A stretch of 64,000 nucleotides of DNA from an uncultured Candidatus Saccharibacteria bacterium (GTDB taxonomy: Bacteria > Patescibacteriota > Saccharimonadia > Saccharimonadales > Saccharimonadaceae), in contig CAMIMA010000001.1 of the NCBI GenBank assembly GCA_946222675.1, forward strand, positions 29,807 to 93,806. Direction: 5' to 3'. The position numbers were made by a program, and so were the translations under genes. Positions 1-9,292 of the stretch are shown in pieces. Within the stretch, counting starts at the first letter, position 1. The number at the start of each line of letters is the position of its first letter. Below the pieces are notes generated by a model. It made no database searches and was not told the DNA's origin. It was given only the letters and a program-made list of their open reading frames with translations.

Positions 1-927
1 TTCCATGGTACGAACCTTACCCCAAGCGCTGCCCGCCACAATAAAGTCGCCCTTGTTTAGCGTGCCGTTCTCAATCAGCATACGCACCACGGCGCCACGC
101 CCCTTCTCGAGGTTAGACTCAATCACCAAGCCCTCAGCCTCAACGTTATAATCGGCCTTTAATTCTTCCATGTCGGCCACGAGCAACACCGCGTCGAGCA
201 ACTGGTCGACGCCTTGCCCCGTCACGGCCGAGACTTCCACCATAATGGTGTCACCGCCCCACTCTTCTGGGTTGAGGCCGTAGTCGCTCGCCAGTTGCGT
301 ACGCACTAAATTCGGGTTGGCGGTCGGCTTATCCATCTTGTTGATAGCTACCACAATCTTGGCGTTGGCGGTACGGGCAAACTTAATCGCCTCCACGGTC
401 TGTGGCTTTACGCCATCATCCGCTGCCACCACGATAATCACCACGTCGGTCAAGGTCGCGCCGTGCTGGCGCAAAGCGGCAAACGCCTCGTGCCCTGGGG
501 TATCAAGAAAGGTAATCGGCCGGTCGTTGTGTACGGTCTGATAGGCCGAAATGTGCTGCGTGATGCCACCCGCCTCGCCCGACTGGCGATGCATCTGCAA
601 AATGTTGTCTAGCAAGGTAGTCTTGCCATGGTCAACGTGCCCCATCACCGCCACAATCGGCGCGCGTGGCTTAGCGTTCTTTGATAAATGAATCTCGAGC
701 TGGTCGGTGGCATCCGCCTCCACGTCCTTTTTCTCAATTTTGGCGTCAACGCCCAACTCTTCTAGAATAATTTCAGCGGTCTCAAAGTCAATCCGTTGGT
801 TAACGGTGGCCATGATACCGTTCTTAAATAGCTCGCCTACGAGCTTGACTACGGGGATGTCTAGCTTAGCCGCTAGGTCACCCACCGTAATCATACTCGG
901 GATTTGGATAATTTTATTGTCTGCCAT
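1..927 (-). CDS. infB: Translation initiation factor IF-2, N-terminal part and G-domain; the 3' part of the gene lies beyond the window start.
   Basis: Minus-strand translation from ATG at 925-927 gives [22 protein letters not shown]...[12 protein letters not shown] (G1), DTPGHEAF (G3) and NKMDK (G4). An AGGAG ribosome-binding site lies at 931-936 on the complement. Confidence 0.9.
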   Translation of the reverse strand, partial: MADNKIIQIPSMITVGDLAAKLDIPVVKLVGELFKNGIMATVNQRIDFETAEIILEELGVDAKIEKKDVEADATDQLEIHLSKNAKPRAPIVAVMGHVDHGKTTLLDNILQMHRQSGEAGGITQHISAYQTVHNDRPITFLDTPGHEAFAALRQHGATLTDVVIIVVAADDGVKPQTVEAIKFARTANAKIVVAINKMDKPTANPNLVRTQLASDYGLNPEEWGGDTIMVEVSAVTGQGVDQLLDAVLLVADMEELKADYNVEAEGLVIESNLEKGRGAVVRMLIENGTLNKGDFIVAGSAWGKVRTME

Positions 928-978
928 CACACTCCTTTCTGGCGCAGATGGCAAACTGCGCCGCTAATTAATGGGCAC

Positions 979-2022
979 TCATTTTGTTAAACCAAGACGA
1001 ATCTTACGATTCTCAGTGTCGATTTCTAATACGTTGAACTCACGCTTTTCGTTCACGGTGAAGAGCTTCTCTGGGTTGACATCTTCGCCGAGTTCGCTAA
1101 CGTGTACCAGCGCCTCAACGGCTGGGCTAATCTGGACAAAGGCACCAAATGGGGTGACGCGAGTCACAGTGCCTTCAACCTTATCACCAACCTTAAACTT
1201 GGCAGCTTCGTCAAGCCATGGGTCAGGCGTGGTCTGCTTGATAGACAAGCTGAGGCGGTCCTTGTCGATGCCAATAATCTTGGCCTTGACTTCGTCACCA
1301 ATGTGGAGGCGATCCTTCACCTCAGCAATGTGCTCCCAGCTAACTTCGCTGATGTGCACGAGGCCTTCGATACCGTCAACGTTGACGAACGCGCCAAAGT
1401 CGACAATGCCAGTCACCTTACCAGAGACGATGTCGCCAACCTTCATGTTGGTGAGGCGTTCGGTGAGGCCATCCTTTACGGCTTCTTTTTCGCTGAAGAT
1501 GAGCTTATTACCCTTCTGGTCAGCGTCAAGAATCTGGACTAGCATGTCCTTGCCAATCAAAGCCTTCAAGCGGCGAATGATTTCGTCTTTATCGCTGGTA
1601 CGTGGGTAGTGCTCGGTGCTGAGCTGTGACACTGGCATAAAGCCACGCACACCTTCAAACTCAATCAGCAAACCGCCACGATTGGCGTCAAATGGGGTAA
1701 CAGTGATGCTCTTACCCTCTTCAACCACGCGCTGGACTTCGTCCCAGCCGCGCTCCTTCGCTGCCTTGCGTAGAGAAAGCAGCACCATGCCGCTTGGCAA
1801 TTCGTCATCAATGACGCTAGCGACTACATCGTCGCCAAGATTGTACTTCTTGCCGAAGCCGATTTCACGACGTGGCACCATACCTAGACCGTGCGCGCCG
1901 AGATCTACCAAGATTTCATTCTTTTTGACGGAAAGAATTTTACCGTTAACAGTCGAACCTGCTTCAACTACATTTGCTTCACCGCCAGCAAGCAGGTCAG
2001 CCATGGTTAAGGCTTTTGCCAT
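979..2022 (-). CDS. rpsA: 30S ribosomal protein S1, a short form with four S1 domains.
   Basis: ORF 979..2055 translates to repeated S1-domain motifs (GxVxGxVxxIxxFGAFVxL). The likely start is MAKALTMADLL at 2022, with GAGG about 12 nt upstream. Confidence 0.85.
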   Translation of the reverse strand: MAKALTMADLLAGGEANVVEAGSTVNGKILSVKKNEILVDLGAHGLGMVPRREIGFGKKYNLGDDVVASVIDDELPSGMVLLSLRKAAKERGWDEVQRVVEEGKSITVTPFDANRGGLLIEFEGVRGFMPVSQLSTEHYPRTSDKDEIIRRLKALIGKDMLVQILDADQKGNKLIFSEKEAVKDGLTERLTNMKVGDIVSGKVTGIVDFGAFVNVDGIEGLVHISEVSWEHIAEVKDRLHIGDEVKAKIIGIDKDRLSLSIKQTTPDPWLDEAAKFKVGDKVEGTVTRVTPFGAFVQISPAVEALVHVSELGEDVNPEKLFTVNEKREFNVLEIDTENRKIRLGLTK

Positions 2023-2321
2023 TAAAATAAACCTCACAGATAGCGGCCTAGCCACACGCTACCTCTATATTAACTACTTTGACGGGGCTAGAGCCGCCAA
2101 TTACCATCTAGCATTATAGCAGAAAAAGCTAAACTTGTACAGTGCTTTTACGCGCTTTTGGTTTTCCGCTAAAGATACCTATATTATAGCATAATCACGG
2201 CAAACTATTTTGGTGAAGTAAGGATGGCTCCACCAATGCCTTCATTGGGAGTAACTAATTACTAAACCGCCACCCCTTAATGGAGTGGCGATAGTGTTCA
2301 CAAAATTAGTCGCGGGATAAC

Positions 2322-3863
2322 CTAGAACTCGTAACCAGTGTTAGGTGCACCGTACTTGCCATGCTTCTGGTTACCATCTGACTTTTGTTGGTCAGAGCCG
2401 GTTAGCTCGGTCGGCTTTAATTCATCTGAGTCAGCTGTATTTGGGTTGGCTGGATTAGCTGGATTATGGCCCTGCTTACTTGGATCAGTTTTGTCGGCTT
2501 GGTTGTCGTCCTGACCGTCTAGACCTAGGTCTAGGATTGGATTAGGGGCAGGATTATTTAAGGCGTCACGTACCTTGGCGACTAGCTGGTCAAGCGTCGA
2601 GGTCTTGTCGGCGCGAACATCAGCGGCAACCTTAGTTAAACCCTTATCCTCGGCAAACTTAGCTATCTGCTCCTTAAGCTGATTCCACTTCTCAGCATAC
2701 GGCTTTAACGCATTAGCATCGGCTAGCATCTTTTGCTGAAGTGGCGCCACCGCAGCATTAGCAGCCGTAGCCTCCGTAGTGGCTGTCCGAAGCGCCTGAA
2801 AATTGCCCCGCATCGTAGCTGCAGCCTGCGCAGGAGCTTCAAACGTCGCCTTAGCCGCAGTACAAGCAGCTTCCGCCGCCTTTTCCTTCTCGGCAAACTC
2901 CGTGGCTACCTTATCGTAAGCTTTCTTAGCTTGGTCGCGCTGAGCGGTGAGAGCAGCCTTATCTAGCTTACCATCAAGCACGGCATGGAAACGTTCTTCT
3001 ACCTTTTGCATAAACATCGCGAAGTCCTGATTGACCTTATTAACATGCACGTTTTCCTTCGAGCCAAAACTCTTGTAGGTTACGTAGGCAGCAGCATCAT
3101 CAGCATAACGCGTCTTGCCGCACACACTGAGAACTGGCTGACTATAGTTCCAACCTGAGGTTTTGGAATTATTAGACATACCCTTATCTTTTGCGCTACG
3201 CTCAGCACCAGCGGCGTATTTAATGGCGTCGTTGATATTATCAAGAACCTTGCTCGGCTTGCCGTTCACTACCTTCTTGCCACGGAAATACTCACTGTAA
3301 TTCTTCAAAGCACCTGCCTGCTTGTCGGTTAAAACTTTGGTGTCGATGCCATCCATGACATCAGCTAGTGCGACCAACTGAGCCTCCTTGTCTGCCGCTG
3401 GCTTTGGCTTGTCGGCAGCATTGATAAGACTGTTAAGAAAGGCTTCTTCAATGCGATTCTTAGTGTATCCCTTATCTTGGTCAAACTTCTCAAGCTCGTC
3501 AGCCGCCTTATATGTCGCCGAGCCTGGCGCGCGCAACTTCTCGGCTTGGTCTTGCGCATTATTATATGCAGCCATACTCTGCCTCAACGTTTCACCTGCA
3601 CTCTTAAGCTTTTGCGCAGCTTGCTTAGCAGCTGCATCGGCTTGGTTAAACGCAGTTTGCGACTTATCCGCCGCTTGCTTGTACTTGGCATAGTCATTAT
3701 ACACACTAGCCTGCTTGGCGAACTCATCTAGCGACTGCGGCGGCGTGTTCTCCTCTGCATTAGCTGACAGGCTACAAGGTAAGACCAGTGCTATACCTAG
3801 CGCCAACGTACCAAAAGCCATCACGCCAAGCGATATGACGTTCAAGTATTTGCGTTTACTCAT
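2322..3863 (-). CDS. Secreted Ala/Lys/Gln-rich surface protein of family A, with signal peptide MSKRKYLNVISLGVMAFGTLALG... and a conserved C-terminal ...HGKYGAPNTGYEF.
   Basis: 513 aa ORF. Its N-terminal signal and C-terminal roughly 100 aa are conserved with the 21989..23260 and 23507..24271 proteins. PANP repeats are encoded by degenerate GCTGGATTAGCTGG repeats. Confidence 0.75.
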   Translation of the reverse strand: MSKRKYLNVISLGVMAFGTLALGIALVLPCSLSANAEENTPPQSLDEFAKQASVYNDYAKYKQAADKSQTAFNQADAAAKQAAQKLKSAGETLRQSMAAYNNAQDQAEKLRAPGSATYKAADELEKFDQDKGYTKNRIEEAFLNSLINAADKPKPAADKEAQLVALADVMDGIDTKVLTDKQAGALKNYSEYFRGKKVVNGKPSKVLDNINDAIKYAAGAERSAKDKGMSNNSKTSGWNYSQPVLSVCGKTRYADDAAAYVTYKSFGSKENVHVNKVNQDFAMFMQKVEERFHAVLDGKLDKAALTAQRDQAKKAYDKVATEFAEKEKAAEAACTAAKATFEAPAQAAATMRGNFQALRTATTEATAANAAVAPLQQKMLADANALKPYAEKWNQLKEQIAKFAEDKGLTKVAADVRADKTSTLDQLVAKVRDALNNPAPNPILDLGLDGQDDNQADKTDPSKQGHNPANPANPNTADSDELKPTELTGSDQQKSDGNQKHGKYGAPNTGYEF

Positions 3864-3924
3864 CTACTCTCCTTCTTTAAACTAGCCTCTACATAAACAA
3901 GTGCTTGTAAATGTATGTGCTTGT

Positions 3925-3956
3925 ATTGTACCCCCCCCCCCGCGAGCTTACGTCAA
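3925..3956 (-). promoter_or_regulatory. Putative sigma70-type promoter of the 2322..3863 gene: TTGACG, a 20 nt spacer containing G11, then TACAAT.
   Basis: On the minus strand the sequence is TTGACGtaagctcgcGGGGGGGGGGGTACAAT, about 60 nt upstream of the start codon. With G8 the spacer would be the optimal 17 nt. Confidence 0.45.
3931..3941. repeat. Homopolymeric C11 tract (G11 on the coding strand) inside the promoter spacer.
   Basis: The run cccccccccc+c is read directly from the sequence. Confidence 0.95.
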
Positions 3957-4058
3957 GTACTTGACATAAGCTCAATGTACCAAAATTGCTACACATTATA
4001 TATAAATAAAGCCCAGCTTTAATGAAGATAGCTGGGCACGAGACGAGTTATAGCTGAG

Positions 4059-4274
4059 TTATTTTACCTTGTTGGCCTTAGTGGTAGACTGGTCGTACTG
4101 CGGTAATTTAAACTGGCCGACCTCGGTTTGGTCAAGCGCCTTGACGTCGTAGAGCAAGCCGGCGCGCACAGCGAGCTGGCCAACCACCTTGCGCTGCTCA
4201 CGCTCGCGCACTTGTCGCTCTAGTTCAGTCTGCGGCGCACGATTGGTTTTTTCGCTATTGTGGTTTTTCATCAT
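4059..4274 (-). CDS. Small hypothetical protein (71 aa), charged, with no recognisable domain.
   Basis: ORF only. A hairpin terminator (gcccagc...gctgggc) sits at 4008-4036. Confidence 0.3.
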   Translation of the reverse strand: MMKNHNSEKTNRAPQTELERQVREREQRKVVGQLAVRAGLLYDVKALDQTEVGQFKLPQYDQSTTKANKVK

Positions 4275-4416
4275 ATTTATACATTAGCACAAAAGACCGA
4301 AATTGTCAATAAGCCACCTCGATTGTCCTAAAATAGCCATAAACGCCTTGTAATGCTGCACAAAATTTGTTATTATCTTAAGCAGAATAACAATGAGGTG
4401 GGAGATTTAGATATAA

Positions 4417-5394
4417 ATGAGAAATAACGACCCTTTCAAACCGGCGCTGGCGAGGCCGCTGTCTGATAGTGACCTAGCGAACGACCCGCATCCAGATAAT
4501 TTTTTGGCTGGCAATGACGGCTTAGGCCGCCGCTTAAACCGCCGCATGACGATGGACGGCGTAATGCAGCCTGAGTTACCAGAGACACCAGCTGCGCCTG
4601 CTACTGTTGAGCAACCGCAGCCAGTCGAGCAACCAGCCCCAAGTGCGCCCGCGGCACCTGATTTATCTAATTTGGCTAACTTGCCAGATGCCCCAGCGAC
4701 ACCTGACTTTAGTGACCTTAATGCTGCGCCAAATCAAGACCCATTAAACAACCCGCTTGCCACGCCAAACGAAGCAAGCACGCCAAGTGCAAAAGTCTTG
4801 CCGCCAGAGGCCGATGCTGCCTCTGCTACTGGCGACCAGAGCACTAATCTCTTCGAACAAGCCGCGCAAGTCGCCGACAACCAGAAAAAACCACCGAAAC
4901 TCGCCACGCCGAAGCAAAAGCAAGTGACTATTTCATTACTTACTATCATCTTCTTCCTATTGTTCCTTGCGAGCACCGGCGTGGCCGTGTGGTTTGGCTA
5001 TGACAATAATAAGAAGTCCACTGCGCTGGCCGATGCCCAAGCCAAGCTTGCCCAGTCGAAAGACTACTTGAGCGACAAGACCAATACCAGTACCAAGACA
5101 TCAACTCAGTTTGACGCCTTACAGGCCAAGATTGCCGACCTCACCAAGAAGAATGACGAAGCCAAGCAGCAGCTTGACGAGAAGCAAAAGAACATCGACG
5201 ACCAGAACAAGAAGATCGCCGACCTCACCAAGCAGAACGGCGACTTCCAGAACAAGATTAATTCCGACAAGGCCATCTCTGATAACATGCATAGCCTCGC
5301 TGTCACACTCTGCGCCAGCAACCCAAGCATTGCCGGCTCCGCGCCTTGCGTCCAGCTCAACTCACAGCAGCAGCCACCACAACCTGGCCACTAG
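4417..5394 (+). CDS. Pro-rich membrane-anchored coiled-coil protein with the N-terminal motif MRNNDPF.
   Basis: The 325 aa ORF has a GAGG ribosome-binding site, a P/A-rich N-terminal region, one TM segment (ISLLTIIFFLLFLASTGVAVWF) and coiled-coil heptads (KIADLTKKNDEAKQQLDEKQKNIDDQNKKIADLTKQ). Confidence 0.6.
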   Translation: MRNNDPFKPALARPLSDSDLANDPHPDNFLAGNDGLGRRLNRRMTMDGVMQPELPETPAAPATVEQPQPVEQPAPSAPAAPDLSNLANLPDAPATPDFSDLNAAPNQDPLNNPLATPNEASTPSAKVLPPEADAASATGDQSTNLFEQAAQVADNQKKPPKLATPKQKQVTISLLTIIFFLLFLASTGVAVWFGYDNNKKSTALADAQAKLAQSKDYLSDKTNTSTKTSTQFDALQAKIADLTKKNDEAKQQLDEKQKNIDDQNKKIADLTKQNGDFQNKINSDKAISDNMHSLAVTLCASNPSIAGSAPCVQLNSQQQPPQPGH

Positions 5395-5482
5395 TCTAAC
5401 CACCCCGCCTCGGCGGGGTTTTATGGTACCGCGCACCGCGAGTTTTGACATTTTAAAATAAATGCGGTAAAATATAGTAGAT

Positions 5483-5836
5483 ATGAAGACAAGTATTCAT
5501 CCACAGGACTATCGCTTGGTAGTTTTTGAAGACGAAGCCGCACACTTCTCATTTTTGACGAAGTCAACCGCTCCATCAAACGAGACCACCAAGTGGGAGG
5601 ACGGCAACGAGTACCCGCTAATCAAGCTCCACATTTCTTCAGCGAGCCACCCATTCTTCACTGGTGAAGAGAAGATTATCGACACCGAAGGTCGTGTTGA
5701 TCGCTTTGCCGCCAAGATGAAGGCTGCAAAAGAACTTAAGGAAGCTCAAGCCAAGCGGGTTGCTGCTGCAAAGGCTGCCGCCAAGGCCAAAGCTGAGGCT
5801 GAGGCTGCCAAGGCTAAAGCTGAACTCGAAGCTTAG
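5483..5836 (+). CDS. rpmE: 50S ribosomal protein L31 (type B, lacking the CxxC pair) with an Ala/Lys-rich C-terminal tail.
   Basis: [15 protein letters not shown]...[12 protein letters not shown] matches the L31 signature. The C-terminus is an [22 protein letters not shown] extension. Confidence 0.8.
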   Translation: MKTSIHPQDYRLVVFEDEAAHFSFLTKSTAPSNETTKWEDGNEYPLIKLHISSASHPFFTGEEKIIDTEGRVDRFAAKMKAAKELKEAQAKRVAAAKAAAKAKAEAEAAKAKAELEA

Positions 5837-5911
5837 TCTGTCCGTACCGCTACCCCTGACGTCGTTGGGGGTAGTTTTATTTTGCCCTCTCATATCTGGT
5901 ATAATAGTACT

Positions 5912-6982
5912 ATGGAAATTGCAATCAATCTTGATGAACTAAAGCGCGAGCAAGCCGAGCTCGAGCAATTTATGGCCGACCCGCAGGCCTTCTCTGACCC
6001 GCAGTACAGCAAAAAGGCCAAGCGGCTGGCGGAAATCAGCGACATTTTGGCGAAGGCCGAACGCCGCAATGAACTACATCACCAACTAGAAGAAGCCAAA
6101 GAGTTCGCCACCGGCAGCGACGAGCTAGCCGAGCTGGCGCAGGCTGAAATCCCTGACCTTGAGGCGCAATTAGTGCAAATCAACGACGCTATCAACACTT
6201 TGCTAGCCCCGCACGACCCGAACGACGACAAAAACGTCATTATGGAAATCCGCGCCGGTGCGGGTGGCGACGAAGCTTCGCTCTTCGCTAGCGAACTGCT
6301 TAAAATGTACCTCCGTTACGCCGAGACTCATCATCTCAAGACTGAAATTATGACCGAGAGCGCCAACGACGCCGGCGGCATTAAAGAGGTGGTCTTTAAG
6401 GTAACGGGCGACGAGCCATACGCCCAGCTCAAGTTTGAATCCGGCGTCCACCGCGTGCAACGCGTGCCCGTCACCGAGTCGCAGGGCCGCATCCACACCA
6501 GCACCGCCACTGTCGCCGTGCTACCTGAGGCCTCCGAAGCCGACATTGACATCGACCCGAAGGACCTCCGCATCGACATTTACCGTAGCTCCGGCAAGGG
6601 TGGTCAGGGTGTCAACACTACCGACTCCGCCGTGCGTATCACTTACTTGCCAACCGGCCTGATTGTCACCAACCAAGATGGCCGCTCGCAGATTGAGAAC
6701 AAAAAGAAGGCCATGGAAGTCTTGCGCTCGCGCTTGCTCCAGATTGAGATTGATAAGCAGAACGCCGCCGAAACCGCCGAGCGCCGCGCCTTGATTGGCT
6801 CGGGCGACCGTAGCGAAAAGATTCGCACTTACAACTTCCCGCAGGACCGCATCACCGACCACCGCATCAAGTACTCGCGCTCCAACGTGCCGGCCGCGAT
6901 GAATGGCGAAATTGACGACATCATCGAACACCTCCGCGCCCACGAACGCGAACTAAACTTGCAACAGGCGGCGATAAAATAG
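5912..6982 (+). CDS. prfA: Peptide chain release factor 1.
   Basis: It carries the GGQ motif ([23 protein letters not shown]) and an RF1-type PVT motif ([23 protein letters not shown]). The likely start is ATG 5912, immediately after TGGTATAAT (5897-5905), so the mRNA may be leaderless. Confidence 0.9.
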   Translation: MEIAINLDELKREQAELEQFMADPQAFSDPQYSKKAKRLAEISDILAKAERRNELHHQLEEAKEFATGSDELAELAQAEIPDLEAQLVQINDAINTLLAPHDPNDDKNVIMEIRAGAGGDEASLFASELLKMYLRYAETHHLKTEIMTESANDAGGIKEVVFKVTGDEPYAQLKFESGVHRVQRVPVTESQGRIHTSTATVAVLPEASEADIDIDPKDLRIDIYRSSGKGGQGVNTTDSAVRITYLPTGLIVTNQDGRSQIENKKKAMEVLRSRLLQIEIDKQNAAETAERRALIGSGDRSEKIRTYNFPQDRITDHRIKYSRSNVPAAMNGEIDDIIEHLRAHERELNLQQAAIK

Positions 6983-6990
6983 AGGTAGCA

Positions 6991-7824
6991 TTGGCGGACT
7001 TCACAATTGAACAACTTTTGATCACTGGCACGCAGCGCCTTGTGCTGCACCACATTGACTCGGCGCGGCTTGACGCCGAGCTTTTGCTTGCCTGCGCTAC
7101 CAAGCTCGACCGTACTGCCCTGCTCGCCCACGGCGACCAAGTGGTTGACGCCGCGACCGCCGCTATCTTCTTCGACCTCATTGCCCAGCGCGCGCGACAC
7201 ATTCCCGTCGCCTACCTCACCGGCCGCAAGGCATTTTATGGCCGCGACTTCACCGTCACGCCCGCCACGCTGATTCCGCGCCCCGAGAGTGAGGTTATGA
7301 TTGACACTCTAAAGCGGCTCTACCAACCTGACCAACACCACGCCTTACTAGACGTTGGCACCGGCTCGGGCTGCCTCGCCATCACGGCACAGCTTGAACT
7401 GCCCGACCTTAAGGTAACAGCCAGCGACATCAGCCAAGAAGCGCTGCCTGTCGCCGAGCTCAACGCCGGCCGCTACCACGTAGACAATAAAATTACCTTC
7501 GTCAACTCGAACTTATTTAACAATATCACGGGGCACTTCGACTTCATCCTTGCTAACCTGCCGTACCTTGACTACGACCGGCGCGCCGACTACTCGCCTG
7601 AGCTAGCGCACGAGCCGAACCTCGCGCTCTACACTTACGACCACGGCAACTGTCTAATGCTGGAGCTCGTCGCCGTCGCGCGCAACTATCTCACGCCGCA
7701 CGGCTACCTGATAATGGAAATGGAAACCCACCAGCTTAGCCAAGTGGCCGACCGAGCCATCAAAAGCGGGCTTGAGGTCGTCTCAAAGGCACCGTTCACC
7801 CTTGTCCTACAGCGCGCCGCTTAA
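6991..7824 (+). CDS. prmC: Release factor glutamine N5-methyltransferase PrmC/HemK.
   Basis: DVGTGSGCLAIT (SAM-binding) and NLPY motifs are present. The gene sits directly downstream of prfA, the classic operon arrangement. Confidence 0.85.
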   Translation: MADFTIEQLLITGTQRLVLHHIDSARLDAELLLACATKLDRTALLAHGDQVVDAATAAIFFDLIAQRARHIPVAYLTGRKAFYGRDFTVTPATLIPRPESEVMIDTLKRLYQPDQHHALLDVGTGSGCLAITAQLELPDLKVTASDISQEALPVAELNAGRYHVDNKITFVNSNLFNNITGHFDFILANLPYLDYDRRADYSPELAHEPNLALYTYDHGNCLMLELVAVARNYLTPHGYLIMEMETHQLSQVADRAIKSGLEVVSKAPFTLVLQRAA

Positions 7825-8015
7825 ACGAACCATGTGGAGAGTGTTTGCTCAATGTCAAGTGCTAAAAGTAAATAGAAATTTAGACACTGGCTACATATTG
7901 AAAACAATCTTATAACATGGTACTATGCATACATATAAATGTGAAACGATGTTGTTTATGCCAATATATTATAGCAAGTCCAACAATAAGAAACTACTAA
8001 ACGAGGTGACAAATA

Positions 8016-9101
8016 ATGGCTGATAATTCAAGCCTAAGTGCTGCTAGAAACGCAAAGAACGACGAGTTTTATACCCAATATAGTGATATAGAAACAGAAA
8101 TGAATGCCTATATTGAATATAATCCCTGGGTATTCAAAGATAAAACTATCCTTCTCCCCTGTGATGATCCAGAATGGTCAAATTTCACTAAATATTTTGC
8201 ATCAAATTTTACAAGGCTTGGTATAAAAAAGCTTATTTCAACTTCTTATGCACAAGGAGTAGCAAATAAACAGCCTACATTATTTGAACTCAAGTCACCT
8301 TTGTATAATCCACAGCAACATGATACGCACGGTAAACTTTTTACTCTAACTCGTGATACAGATGGCAATGGCACAGTTGATACTGACGACATTGAATTTA
8401 CCGGATATCTTGAAGGTGATGGCGATTTTAGAAGTAATGAAGTAAAGAAGCTTCGTGACGAGGCAGATATTATTATTACCAACCCACCCTTTTCACTCTT
8501 TAGAGAATTTTTAGCGTGGATTTTGGAAGCCGATAAACAGTTTGTAATTATAGGCAATAAAAATGTTATTACTTATAAAGATGTCTTCCCTCTGTTAAGC
8601 GATAATAAAATTTGGCTCGGACCTGGTTTCCCTGGTGGAAACGCGTTCTTTAAAATTTCTAATGATTCTATTAGAAATTTTGCTGCTGGTGTTTACGATG
8701 ATAATACAGGCTTAGTGAAATTTCGTAATGTTGGATGGTTCACCAATATTGACCACGGAAAGCGTCACGAGAACCTGATACTTGACACAATGGAACATAA
8801 TCTTAAATTCAACAAAAAATTGCAGAAAAAGCTTGAAAAAGACTATGGAAAACTCGAATACCCTCATTACGACAATTATGACGCGATTGAAGTTCCGTTT
8901 ACCGAATGCATTCCATCAGATTATGACGGTGTGATGGGTGTGCCTATTACGTTTATGGACAAATATAATCCAGACCAGTTCGATATCGTAGCGTTTAGAA
9001 AAGGTGAGGATGGCAAAGATCTAGTCTTCACGAGAGAGAGAGAGAGAGAGAGAGTACAACCATACTTTCGTATCCTTGTACAACATCGATTCCGGGAATG
9101 A
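8016..9101 (+). CDS. N6-adenine DNA methyltransferase (gamma-class, motif IV NPPF). Its reading frame is ended prematurely after a (GA)11 tract.
   Basis: IIITNPPFSLFREF matches a (D/N)PP(F/Y) catalytic motif and there is an AGGTG ribosome-binding site. The ORF runs ...VFTRERERERVQPYFRILVQHRFRE* with the repeat at 9032-9053. Confidence 0.7.
   Translation: MADNSSLSAARNAKNDEFYTQYSDIETEMNAYIEYNPWVFKDKTILLPCDDPEWSNFTKYFASNFTRLGIKKLISTSYAQGVANKQPTLFELKSPLYNPQQHDTHGKLFTLTRDTDGNGTVDTDDIEFTGYLEGDGDFRSNEVKKLRDEADIIITNPPFSLFREFLAWILEADKQFVIIGNKNVITYKDVFPLLSDNKIWLGPGFPGGNAFFKISNDSIRNFAAGVYDDNTGLVKFRNVGWFTNIDHGKRHENLILDTMEHNLKFNKKLQKKLEKDYGKLEYPHYDNYDAIEVPFTECIPSDYDGVMGVPITFMDKYNPDQFDIVAFRKGEDGKDLVFTRERERERVQPYFRILVQHRFRE
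9032..9053. repeat. Dinucleotide simple-sequence repeat (GA)11 inside the 3' end of the methyltransferase gene.
   Basis: The run gagagagagagagagagagaga(g) is read directly; it encodes RERERER. Confidence 0.95.
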
Positions 9102-9292
9102 TAAAGAACGCAGAAGGAAAGATAAATGGGCATCCTACTTACGCGAGAATAACAATCATGCGCAAAAGACGCCTGTAGAAATTATTTTTCCACTAGCAAC
9201 AAATTTACAAAATGGGCTTATAAATGACTGCACTATTAATGGAAAGAAAACTTATGTCAGAATACTAATAAGGAAAGCAGAGGTAACTAGTT

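Noticed and set aside
317-1609. Plus-strand ORFs 317..541, 707..967, 971..1609 and 1102..1542.
   Set aside because: They are antisense to the clearly conserved infB and rpsA genes. They are low-complexity translations of the opposite strand.
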